Part shown: positions 55,232 through 64,000 of the stretch, one piece after another
Layout: each line of letters opens with the position of its first letter
Numbering within the stretch: position 1 is the first letter of the stretch
Assembly: GCA_000146045.2 (NCBI GenBank)
Contig: BK006938.2
Span: 832,001-896,000 of the forward strand
Reading direction: 5' to 3'
Length of the DNA: 64,000 bases
DNA from: TPA_inf: Saccharomyces
Taxonomy: Eukaryota
Notes under the pieces: model-generated
Told to the model about the DNA's origin: nothing
Databases searched by the model: none
What the model saw: only the letters and a program-made list of their open reading frames with translations
Program-made: the position numbers and the translations under genes

Positions 55232-56911
55232 ATGTCCCAATTATTCAATAACTCGCGCTCAGATACCCTTTTCCTAGGAGGTGAAAAAATAAGTGGTGAT
55301 GATATTCGTAATCAGAATGTTTTGGCTACTATGGCTGTGGCTAACGTCGTCAAGTCATCTTTAGGCCCCGTTGGACTGGACAAAATGCTTGTTGATGACA
55401 TTGGTGATTTTACCGTCACCAACGATGGTGCCACTATTTTGTCTTTGTTAGATGTTCAACATCCAGCTGGAAAAATTTTAGTAGAATTGGCTCAACAACA
55501 GGACAGAGAAATTGGTGACGGTACTACTAGTGTTGTTATTATTGCTTCTGAGTTGTTGAAAAGAGCTAATGAATTAGTCAAAAATAAGATTCATCCAACT
55601 ACCATCATAACTGGTTTCAGGGTTGCATTAAGAGAGGCTATTCGTTTTATAAATGAAGTTCTTTCCACAAGTGTTGACACTTTAGGGAAAGAGACGTTAA
55701 TTAATATAGCCAAGACTAGTATGTCCTCTAAGATCATTGGTGCTGACTCTGATTTTTTCAGCAATATGGTTGTAGATGCTCTTTTGGCTGTTAAGACGCA
55801 AAATTCCAAAGGAGAAATCAAGTATCCCGTAAAGGCTGTCAATGTGTTGAAAGCTCATGGTAAATCTGCCACTGAATCACTGTTGGTGCCAGGTTATGCT
55901 TTGAATTGTACAGTTGCTTCTCAAGCAATGCCTAAACGTATCGCCGGTGGCAATGTGAAAATCGCATGTTTGGATTTGAACTTGCAGAAAGCTCGTATGG
56001 CAATGGGTGTTCAAATCAACATTGATGATCCGGAACAATTGGAGCAAATCCGTAAACGTGAAGCTGGTATTGTTTTGGAAAGAGTGAAGAAGATCATTGA
56101 TGCTGGTGCTCAAGTTGTGTTAACCACCAAAGGTATTGATGATTTATGCTTAAAGGAGTTCGTTGAAGCTAAGATAATGGGTGTAAGACGCTGTAAGAAG
56201 GAAGATTTGAGAAGAATTGCACGCGCTACAGGCGCCACTTTGGTTAGTTCTATGTCTAACTTAGAAGGTGAGGAAACTTTCGAAAGCAGTTATTTAGGTC
56301 TTTGTGATGAAGTAGTTCAAGCCAAATTTTCTGATGATGAGTGTATCTTAATTAAGGGTACTTCTAAACATTCATCTTCTTCGATCATTTTAAGAGGTGC
56401 CAACGATTATTCTTTAGATGAGATGGAACGTTCTTTGCACGATTCTCTTTCTGTTGTCAAAAGAACGCTTGAAAGTGGAAATGTTGTCCCCGGTGGAGGT
56501 TGCGTTGAAGCCGCATTGAATATCTATTTGGACAATTTTGCCACCACAGTTGGTTCTCGTGAACAGTTAGCTATTGCTGAGTTTGCAGCTGCATTATTAA
56601 TCATTCCAAAAACTTTAGCTGTTAACGCTGCCAAGGATTCTAGTGAATTAGTTGCAAAATTAAGGTCCTACCATGCCGCTAGTCAAATGGCCAAGCCAGA
56701 GGACGTTAAGAGGAGAAGCTACAGAAATTACGGCCTAGATTTGATTAGAGGTAAAATTGTGGACGAGATTCACGCTGGTGTTCTTGAGCCAACCATAAGC
56801 AAAGTCAAATCCTTGAAATCAGCATTGGAGGCTTGTGTAGCAATTCTAAGAATTGATACAATGATTACAGTGGATCCAGAACCACCCAAAGAAGATCCGC
56901 ACGATCATTGA
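55232..56911 (+). CDS. TCP1: TCP1 (YDR212W, also CCT1), alpha subunit of chaperonin CCT/TRiC, 559 aa.
   Basis: [52 protein letters not shown]… carries the GDGTTS signature of group II chaperonins. Confidence 0.95.
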   Translation: MSQLFNNSRSDTLFLGGEKISGDDIRNQNVLATMAVANVVKSSLGPVGLDKMLVDDIGDFTVTNDGATILSLLDVQHPAGKILVELAQQQDREIGDGTTSVVIIASELLKRANELVKNKIHPTTIITGFRVALREAIRFINEVLSTSVDTLGKETLINIAKTSMSSKIIGADSDFFSNMVVDALLAVKTQNSKGEIKYPVKAVNVLKAHGKSATESLLVPGYALNCTVASQAMPKRIAGGNVKIACLDLNLQKARMAMGVQINIDDPEQLEQIRKREAGIVLERVKKIIDAGAQVVLTTKGIDDLCLKEFVEAKIMGVRRCKKEDLRRIARATGATLVSSMSNLEGEETFESSYLGLCDEVVQAKFSDDECILIKGTSKHSSSSIILRGANDYSLDEMERSLHDSLSVVKRTLESGNVVPGGGCVEAALNIYLDNFATTVGSREQLAIAEFAAALLIIPKTLAVNAAKDSSELVAKLRSYHAASQMAKPEDVKRRSYRNYGLDLIRGKIVDEIHAGVLEPTISKVKSLKSALEACVAILRIDTMITVDPEPPKEDPHDH

Positions 56912-57750
56912 TTCTTTGCGTAATCCGAACGAGATTCTGTATCTGCATGTAAACTAATAAACCTATATAAAATTTAATTATATTTTTTTCAGCTAGTTCT
57001 ATTTTTGAATTTGATCGCTAACTCTGGGCAGTTGATAAGCGCTTCCCAGCTTTTCACGTGCGAGGTGGACTAATACGTAATAACGCGTACCTATTAGGAC
57101 TTCGTTGAGTTGTTTTTCTTGTCCAAATGCAGAAGCGGGTCCCTACAAACTATTGTGTTTGTTCGTAAACGAGCAGGAACCCTGTTAAAGGAAAAAAGCT
57201 TAACGCTAGCGTTACATTTTAGTAAGGCGGCAATAAAAAAGAATGCGGAGTGTATTCCATGAATTCAATTGCGCTTACTGCTAAGCCTGTTTCTAAACAT
57301 GATCCCCAGGGTGAATATCTCCCATAGTGGCTGTGTTATTCTGTCTAAATGTGGCAGCTAAATAAGGTTTTTTCCAAGCTATTTTTTTCTCTAAACGAGC
57401 GCACCTTAGCGGGATCGCGTCAAATTTTCGCCCAACGAATATTATTCTATTGTCTTCAGTGAATGTGCTTGTCGAAATCTATATATGCGCCGCCCTGGCA
57501 GGATCAGCAAATACAAGTTACTTGGAAAGTCGCGGCATAGAAAGTAGACACTTCTTTTGTCAAAGATTGATATTGCTTTCAGGGTGCGATAGTGCTGACT
57601 GTTCCTCTAAACAGCGATTTTTTACATACATTAACTTTTTGAAGTTGTAGGAACTATCTTTTCTCATTTATCCAACACTAAAACAAAATTGAGCTTTCCA
57701 GAAATAGTGAATCAAAAAAAGTTAAGTACAAATATTTACAGTTCAGCAGT

Positions 57751-60492
57751 ATGAGCGAAGTCGGTATACAGAATCACAAGAAAGCGGTGACAAAACCCAG
57801 AAGAAGAGAAAAAGTCATCGAGCTAATTGAAGTGGACGGCAAAAAGGTGAGTACGACTTCAACCGGTAAACGTAAATTCCATAACAAATCAAAGAATGGG
57901 TGCGATAACTGTAAAAGAAGAAGAGTTAAGTGTGATGAAGGGAAGCCAGCCTGTAGGAAGTGCACAAATATGAAGTTGGAATGTCAGTATACACCAATCC
58001 ATTTAAGGAAAGGTAGAGGAGCAACAGTAGTGAAGTATGTCACGAGAAAGGCAGACGGTAGCGTGGAGTCTGATTCATCGGTAGATTTACCTCCTACGAT
58101 CAAGAAGGAGCAGACACCGTTCAATGATATCCAATCAGCGGTAAAAGCTTCAGGCTCATCCAATGATTCCTTTCCATCAAGCGCCTCTACAACTAAGAGT
58201 GAGAGCGAGGAAAAGTCATCGGCCCCTATAGAGGACAAAAACAATATGACTCCTCTAAGTATGGGCCTCCAGGGTACCATCAATAAGAAAGATATGATGA
58301 ATAACTTTTTCTCTCAAAATGGCACTATTGGTTTTGGTTCTCCTGAAAGATTGAATTCAGGTATCGATGGCTTACTATTACCGCCATTGCCTTCTGGAAA
58401 TATGGGTGCGTTCCAACTTCAGCAACAGCAGCAAGTGCAGCAGCAATCTCAACCACAGACCCAAGCGCAGCAAGCAAGTGGAACTCCAAACGAGAGATAT
58501 GGTTCATTCGATCTTGCGGGTAGTCCTGCATTGCAATCCACGGGAATGAGCTTATCAAATAGTCTAAGCGGGATGTTACTATGTAACAGGATTCCTTCCG
58601 GCCAAAACTACACTCAACAACAATTACAATATCAATTACACCAGCAGCTGCAATTGCAACAGCATCAGCAAGTTCAGCTGCAGCAGTATCAACAATTACG
58701 TCAGGAACAACACCAACAAGTTCAGCAACAACAACAGGAACAACTCCAGCAATACCAACAACATTTTTTGCAACAGCAGCAACAAGTACTGCTTCAGCAA
58801 GAGCAACAACCTAACGATGAGGAAGGTGGCGTTCAGGAAGAAAACAGCAAAAAGGTAAAGGAAGGGCCTTTACAATCACAAACAAGCGAAACTACTTTAA
58901 ACAGCGATGCTGCTACATTACAAGCTGATGCATTATCTCAGTTAAGTAAGATGGGGCTAAGCCTAAAGTCGTTAAGTACCTTTCCAACAGCTGGTATTGG
59001 TGGTGTTTCCTATGACTTTCAGGAACTGTTAGGTATTAAGTTTCCAATAAATAACGGCAATTCAAGAGCTACTAAGGCCAGCAACGCAGAGGAAGCTTTG
59101 GCCAATATGCAAGAGCATCATGAACGTGCAGCTGCTTCTGTAAAGGAGAATGATGGTCAGCTCTCTGATACGAAGAGTCCAGCGCCATCGAATAACGCCC
59201 AAGGGGGAAGTGCTAGTATTATGGAACCTCAGGCGGCTGATGCGGTTTCGACAATGGCGCCTATATCAATGATTGAAAGAAACATGAACAGAAACAGCAA
59301 CATTTCTCCATCAACGCCCTCTGCAGTGTTGAATGATAGGCAAGAGATGCAAGATTCTATAAGTTCTCTAGGAAATCTGACAAAAGCAGCCTTGGAGAAC
59401 AACGAACCAACGATAAGTTTACAAACATCACAGACAGAGAATGAAGACGATGCATCGCGGCAAGACATGACCTCAAAAATTAATAACGAAGCTGACCGAA
59501 GTTCTGTTTCTGCTGGTACCAGTAACATCGCTAAGCTTTTAGATCTTTCTACCAAAGGCAATCTGAACCTGATAGACATGAAACTGTTTCATCATTATTG
59601 CACAAAGGTCTGGCCTACGATTACAGCGGCCAAAGTTTCTGGGCCTGAAATATGGAGGGACTACATACCGGAGTTAGCATTTGACTATCCATTTTTAATG
59701 CACGCTTTGTTGGCATTCAGTGCCACCCATCTTTCGAGGACTGAAACTGGACTGGAGCAATACGTTTCATCTCACCGCCTAGACGCTCTGAGATTATTAA
59801 GAGAAGCTGTTTTAGAAATATCTGAGAATAACACCGATGCGCTAGTTGCCAGCGCCCTGATACTAATCATGGACTCGTTAGCAAATGCTAGTGGTAACGG
59901 CACTGTAGGAAACCAAAGTTTGAATAGCATGTCACCAAGCGCTTGGATCTTTCATGTCAAAGGTGCTGCAACAATTTTAACCGCTGTGTGGCCTTTGAGT
60001 GAAAGATCTAAATTTCATAACATTATATCTGTTGATCTTAGCGATTTAGGCGATGTCATTAACCCTGATGTTGGAACAATTACTGAATTGGTATGTTTTG
60101 ATGAAAGTATTGCCGATTTGTATCCTGTCGGCTTAGATTCGCCATATTTGATAACACTAGCTTATTTAGATAAATTGCACCGTGAAAAAAACCAGGGTGA
60201 TTTTATTCTGCGGGTATTTACATTTCCAGCATTGCTAGACAAGACATTCCTGGCATTACTGATGACAGGTGATTTAGGTGCAATGAGAATTATGAGATCA
60301 TATTATAAACTACTTCGAGGATTTGCCACAGAGGTCAAGGATAAAGTCTGGTTTCTCGAAGGAGTCACGCAGGTGCTGCCTCAAGATGTTGACGAATACA
60401 GTGGAGGTGGTGGTATGCATATGATGCTAGATTTCCTCGGTGGCGGATTACCATCGATGACAACAACAAATTTCTCTGATTTTTCGTTATGA
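57751..60492 (+). CDS. UPC2: UPC2 (YDR213W), Zn2Cys6 sterol-regulatory transcription factor with a C-terminal ergosterol-binding domain, 913 aa.
   Basis: The Zn2Cys6 cluster CDNCKRRRVKCDEGKPACRKCTNMKLECQY is encoded at about 57901-57990. A Gln-rich middle region lies at about 58415-58810. The conserved C-terminal domain ends …DEYSGGGGMHMMLDFLGGGLPSMTTTNFSDFSL. Confidence 0.95.
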   Translation: MSEVGIQNHKKAVTKPRRREKVIELIEVDGKKVSTTSTGKRKFHNKSKNGCDNCKRRRVKCDEGKPACRKCTNMKLECQYTPIHLRKGRGATVVKYVTRKADGSVESDSSVDLPPTIKKEQTPFNDIQSAVKASGSSNDSFPSSASTTKSESEEKSSAPIEDKNNMTPLSMGLQGTINKKDMMNNFFSQNGTIGFGSPERLNSGIDGLLLPPLPSGNMGAFQLQQQQQVQQQSQPQTQAQQASGTPNERYGSFDLAGSPALQSTGMSLSNSLSGMLLCNRIPSGQNYTQQQLQYQLHQQLQLQQHQQVQLQQYQQLRQEQHQQVQQQQQEQLQQYQQHFLQQQQQVLLQQEQQPNDEEGGVQEENSKKVKEGPLQSQTSETTLNSDAATLQADALSQLSKMGLSLKSLSTFPTAGIGGVSYDFQELLGIKFPINNGNSRATKASNAEEALANMQEHHERAAASVKENDGQLSDTKSPAPSNNAQGGSASIMEPQAADAVSTMAPISMIERNMNRNSNISPSTPSAVLNDRQEMQDSISSLGNLTKAALENNEPTISLQTSQTENEDDASRQDMTSKINNEADRSSVSAGTSNIAKLLDLSTKGNLNLIDMKLFHHYCTKVWPTITAAKVSGPEIWRDYIPELAFDYPFLMHALLAFSATHLSRTETGLEQYVSSHRLDALRLLREAVLEISENNTDALVASALILIMDSLANASGNGTVGNQSLNSMSPSAWIFHVKGAATILTAVWPLSERSKFHNIISVDLSDLGDVINPDVGTITELVCFDESIADLYPVGLDSPYLITLAYLDKLHREKNQGDFILRVFTFPALLDKTFLALLMTGDLGAMRIMRSYYKLLRGFATEVKDKVWFLEGVTQVLPQDVDEYSGGGGMHMMLDFLGGGLPSMTTTNFSDFSL

Positions 60493-60696
60493 TAGAAAAT
60501 TTAAAAGTGCAGAATATTCGAAATAGATTCCCAAAAAAAAAAAAAGGGATATTGTGTTACCCAGTTCACAATGGAATTTTCTAGAAGAAAAAACAAAGAA
60601 GCCTCGCAACAAACCAAGATGGATTCAAAATGCCTACTTACCGCATTGTATGTGGGAGAATGAACATATCTGTAATTGTATTATATAAAAGTAGTT

Positions 60697-60698
<2 letters not shown>

Positions 60699-60731
<33 letters not shown>
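60699..60731. repeat. Poly(dT) homopolymer of about 33 nt (poly(dA) on the other strand) in the UPC2-AHA1 intergenic region.
   Basis: Uninterrupted T run visible at 60699-60731, 144 bp upstream of the AHA1 ATG. Confidence 0.95.
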
Positions 60732-60735
<4 letters not shown>

Positions 60736-60874
60736 GTAATGCAAATACAAAAAGAACTGCAGGCATTTTGAAAGTTCACTCGTATAGGAAACTTTGATAG
60801 AGAGGCAATTCCTTACTTTCGTTATTCCTTTCAGTCTTATTCTTAATCGTTTATAGTAGCAACAATATATCAAT

Positions 60875-61927
60875 ATGGTCGTGAATAACCCAAATAACTG
60901 GCACTGGGTCGATAAGAACTGCATCGGATGGGCCAAGGAGTATTTCAAACAGAAACTGGTTGGAGTGGAGGCCGGTTCGGTGAAGGATAAAAAGTATGCC
61001 AAAATCAAGTCTGTTTCGTCCATTGAAGGTGATTGTGAAGTTAATCAGCGTAAGGGGAAGGTTATATCTTTGTTTGATTTGAAAATCACGGTGTTAATAG
61101 AGGGACACGTGGACTCTAAGGACGGATCGGCATTGCCATTCGAGGGTAGCATTAACGTTCCTGAAGTTGCCTTCGATAGCGAGGCCTCAAGCTATCAATT
61201 TGACATATCTATATTTAAGGAGACTAGCGAATTGAGTGAAGCCAAGCCACTAATTAGATCCGAGTTATTGCCCAAGTTGAGACAAATTTTCCAACAATTT
61301 GGCAAGGATTTGCTGGCCACCCATGGTAATGACATTCAGGTGCCCGAATCTCAGGTGAAATCTAACTACACAAGAGGTAACCAAAAAAGTAGCTTTACCG
61401 AAATCAAGGACTCCGCTTCAAAGCCAAAAAAGAATGCACTTCCCTCTTCTACTTCAACTTCAGCACCAGTCTCCAGCACCAACAAAGTCCCCCAAAACGG
61501 AAGCGGCAATAGTACATCTATTTATTTAGAACCAACTTTTAATGTGCCTTCCTCCGAGCTCTACGAAACGTTCCTTGATAAGCAACGCATATTGGCCTGG
61601 ACCAGATCAGCACAATTTTTCAACAGCGGACCGAAGCTGGAGACCAAAGAAAAATTCGAGCTCTTTGGCGGCAACGTGATCAGCGAGTTGGTTTCATGCG
61701 AAAAGGACAAGAAACTTGTTTTCCACTGGAAACTCAAGGATTGGTCTGCCCCTTTCAACTCTACTATCGAAATGACTTTCCATGAGTCGCAAGAATTCCA
61801 TGAAACCAAATTACAGGTGAAGTGGACTGGCATACCCGTTGGCGAGGAAGATCGCGTGCGCGCTAATTTTGAAGAATACTACGTGCGTTCTATTAAATTG
61901 ACATTCGGCTTTGGTGCCGTATTATAA
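60875..61927 (+). CDS. AHA1: AHA1 (YDR214W), activator of Hsp90 ATPase, 350 aa.
   Basis: MVVNNPNNWHWVDKNCIGWAKEYFKQKL… is the Aha1 N-terminal domain, and a C-terminal AHSA1 domain is present. 350 aa. Confidence 0.93.
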   Translation: MVVNNPNNWHWVDKNCIGWAKEYFKQKLVGVEAGSVKDKKYAKIKSVSSIEGDCEVNQRKGKVISLFDLKITVLIEGHVDSKDGSALPFEGSINVPEVAFDSEASSYQFDISIFKETSELSEAKPLIRSELLPKLRQIFQQFGKDLLATHGNDIQVPESQVKSNYTRGNQKSSFTEIKDSASKPKKNALPSSTSTSAPVSSTNKVPQNGSGNSTSIYLEPTFNVPSSELYETFLDKQRILAWTRSAQFFNSGPKLETKEKFELFGGNVISELVSCEKDKKLVFHWKLKDWSAPFNSTIEMTFHESQEFHETKLQVKWTGIPVGEEDRVRANFEEYYVRSIKLTFGFGAVL

Positions 61928-63033
61928 GATATATTGTTCTCATGTTTCAATAAAAGTATGCGTAAATATTTACATACCACTATTGGCATAGATAGAATGC
62001 AATACATCATGTAGTTCTGTACGGCATCCGCGCGGCTCCGATCGCCCGTCCTACTTTTGCGGCCCGGCGCCGACGGCCTCCCCGGAATTTACCAACGAAG
62101 AGGAAAATAAACTGGAGTTATAACGCCATTGGCGGGAAACTCCGAAACCATAGCGCCGTGGTCTTTCCCCGGTTTTTTGGCGCCGGGTGTGCTTGCGTTG
62201 TGTGAACGGCGCCCTGGCAGCTGAGGGGGAAGGGAAACGCCGGAGGCGACGGCAAGGATGACCATGGCGTCAAGGAACATGCGGAACATGCTAGAATGAT
62301 TGCCGAAAGGGCGGGCCCTAGTCAATGGCATCATGCGGGAACGTGCAGTAAAGCTCAATGTAACTTGATGCCTATCGGCGTTGTTCGAGCTAAGGACGAT
62401 GTGATAGACTGAGGAAGGGTGAACGTCGATAGTTAGCCGTTGTGAACTAAATAAAAGTGATATTTTTTCGTTGTTCTTTTCTTGGTTTGGCGGTGTTTTC
62501 ATTTGTTTTCATGTTTTACTTCGCCACAGGTTTTCAAAGAACAACGCCTTAAAAATAGGAAAACGTTTTCGCTACAGGTGTTGTTATTATTGTTGTTGTG
62601 CTGTTGTTTATTGTGCTATACTTGTGGTATTTATTCTGGACTTCCGATCGGAAATTTTCTTCCCTTGAAGACCTTTTGAAGACAACAGTTATATATCATT
62701 GATCTGAATTTCTCAGGCTATTTTCAAAATTCCATACCTCCTTATTCCAACATTTGCTCGACTACTATAGAAAAGCCTTATTCTTTTATCTTTGAAAGAA
62801 AGAAAAGGTGTCATAGCAAAAGTTTATTGTTACTCTGTTTTGATATACTCCCTCTTATTCGTTGGAAGTATAAGATTGATTTGCATAAATTAACCAATCA
62901 TTTTGCTACTTTCCCGGTTCTCCCTTTATTATAAACACTTCAGAAAAATATTCTGCTACTATTCCTTACTTTACTATAAGAATTTTGTTTTCCAAAAAAA
63001 AAAAATATAAAAAAAATAATCATACTCTATTAC

Positions 63034-64000
63034 TATGGCTAACGTAGAAAAACCAAACGATTGTTCAGGCTTTCCCGTTGTTGACTTGAATTCGTGCTTT
63101 TCTAACGGCTTCAATAATGAGAAACAAGAAATAGAAATGGAAACGGATGATTCACCGATTTTATTAATGTCATCATCAGCTTCCAGAGAAAACTCAAACA
63201 CTTTCTCTGTGATACAGAGGACGCCAGATGGAAAGATCATTACCACAAATAATAATATGAACTCCAAGATTAACAAGCAACTGGACAAGTTGCCCGAAAA
63301 TTTAAGGCTTAATGGTAGAACCCCCAGTGGGAAACTAAGGTCATTTGTTTGCGAGGTTTGTACGAGAGCGTTCGCAAGACAAGAGCACTTGAAAAGACAT
63401 TACAGATCGCATACAAATGAAAAACCTTATCCCTGTGGCCTCTGCAACAGATGCTTTACTAGGAGGGACTTACTGATCAGGCATGCTCAAAAAATCCATA
63501 GTGGTAATTTAGGGGAAACGATTTCCCATACCAAGAAAGTGTCGAGAACTATAACTAAAGCTCGGAAAAATTCTGCATCCTCAGTCAAGTTTCAAACTCC
63601 AACCTATGGTACTCCAGATAATGGTAATTTTTTGAATCGCACTACTGCCAATACAAGAAGAAAAGCAAGCCCTGAAGCTAATGTTAAACGTAAGTACTTG
63701 AAAAAACTGACGCGCAGGGCTTCATTTAGCGCACAATCAGCATCCAGCTATGCTTTGCCCGACCAATCTTCGCTAGAACAACATCCAAAGGATCGTGTTA
63801 AATTTTCTACGCCTGAATTAGTTCCACTTGACTTGAAGAATCCTGAACTTGACTCTTCGTTTGACCTGAATATGAATCTAGATTTAAACCTAAATCTAGA
63901 TTCCAATTTCAATATAGCATTAAACCGTTCTGATTCTTCTGGATCAACAATGAATTTGGATTATAAATTGCCCGAATCAGCAAATAACTACACATATTCT
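63034..64000 (+). CDS. ADR1: ADR1 (YDR216W), C2H2 zinc-finger transcription factor for glucose-repressed genes. Only the 5' 322 codons are present, and the gene continues past the window end.
   Basis: ATG at 63034 ([20 protein letters not shown]…). Two C2H2 fingers, [23 protein letters not shown] and [24 protein letters not shown], are encoded at about 63340-63500. It is not in the ORF track because it has no stop codon inside the window. Confidence 0.9.

Noticed and set aside
62089-62502. A 137-aa minus-strand ORF (YDR215C, dubious) inside the GC-rich block.
   Set aside because: GC-rich DNA is depleted of stop codons, so long ORFs arise by chance. I report the region as a compositional anomaly rather than as a gene.

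Overview
This window is recognisable as Saccharomyces cerevisiae nuclear DNA from the right arm of chromosome IV. It runs from the 5' part of UPS3 (YDR185C) to the 5' part of ADR1 (YDR216W). From memory it corresponds to roughly chrIV 832-896 kb in S288C, and I treat that coordinate as uncertain. There is no prokaryotic-style novel system here. It is a well-characterised, gene-dense region of a eukaryotic chromosome holding 27 conventional protein genes: UPS3, SND1, CCT6, SLY1, RVB1, HST4, NUP42, MSS116, REF2, CAB5, CBS2, RKM2, VPS64, SPC19, RAV2, COQ4, MSC2, EBS1, UME6, MSS4, YDR210W, GCD6, TCP1, UPC2, AHA1 and ADR1. Every one of them is recognised from its translated ORF. Three ORF-track starts that use TTG were moved to the in-frame ATG (SLY1, RKM2, MSC2). 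The most interesting structure is a layered retrotransposon insertion hotspot about 12.9 kb long at 39451-52276. It lies immediately upstream of an intron-containing tRNA-Ile(UAU) gene at 52361-52493. In it, a full-length Ty2 (plus strand, 5959 bp, TSD GTAAA) and a full-length Ty1 (minus strand, 5918 bp, TSD ATGGC) sit tail-to-tail. Each is inserted into an older solo delta LTR, and a third, divergent solo LTR is adjacent. The 3' halves of the two elements form a large near-perfect inverted repeat separated by a spacer of about 520 bp. Other noteworthy signals are a strongly GC-rich block of about 450 bp between AHA1 and ADR1 that overlaps the dubious ORF YDR215C, two long poly(dT) tracts, and several coding low-complexity or triplet-repeat tracts (the SND1 poly-Asp run, the UPC2 Gln-rich region, the NUP42 FG repeats and the YDR210[11 protein letters not shown] repeats). 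All domain and function statements come from remembered knowledge of the yeast proteins. No database search was run.
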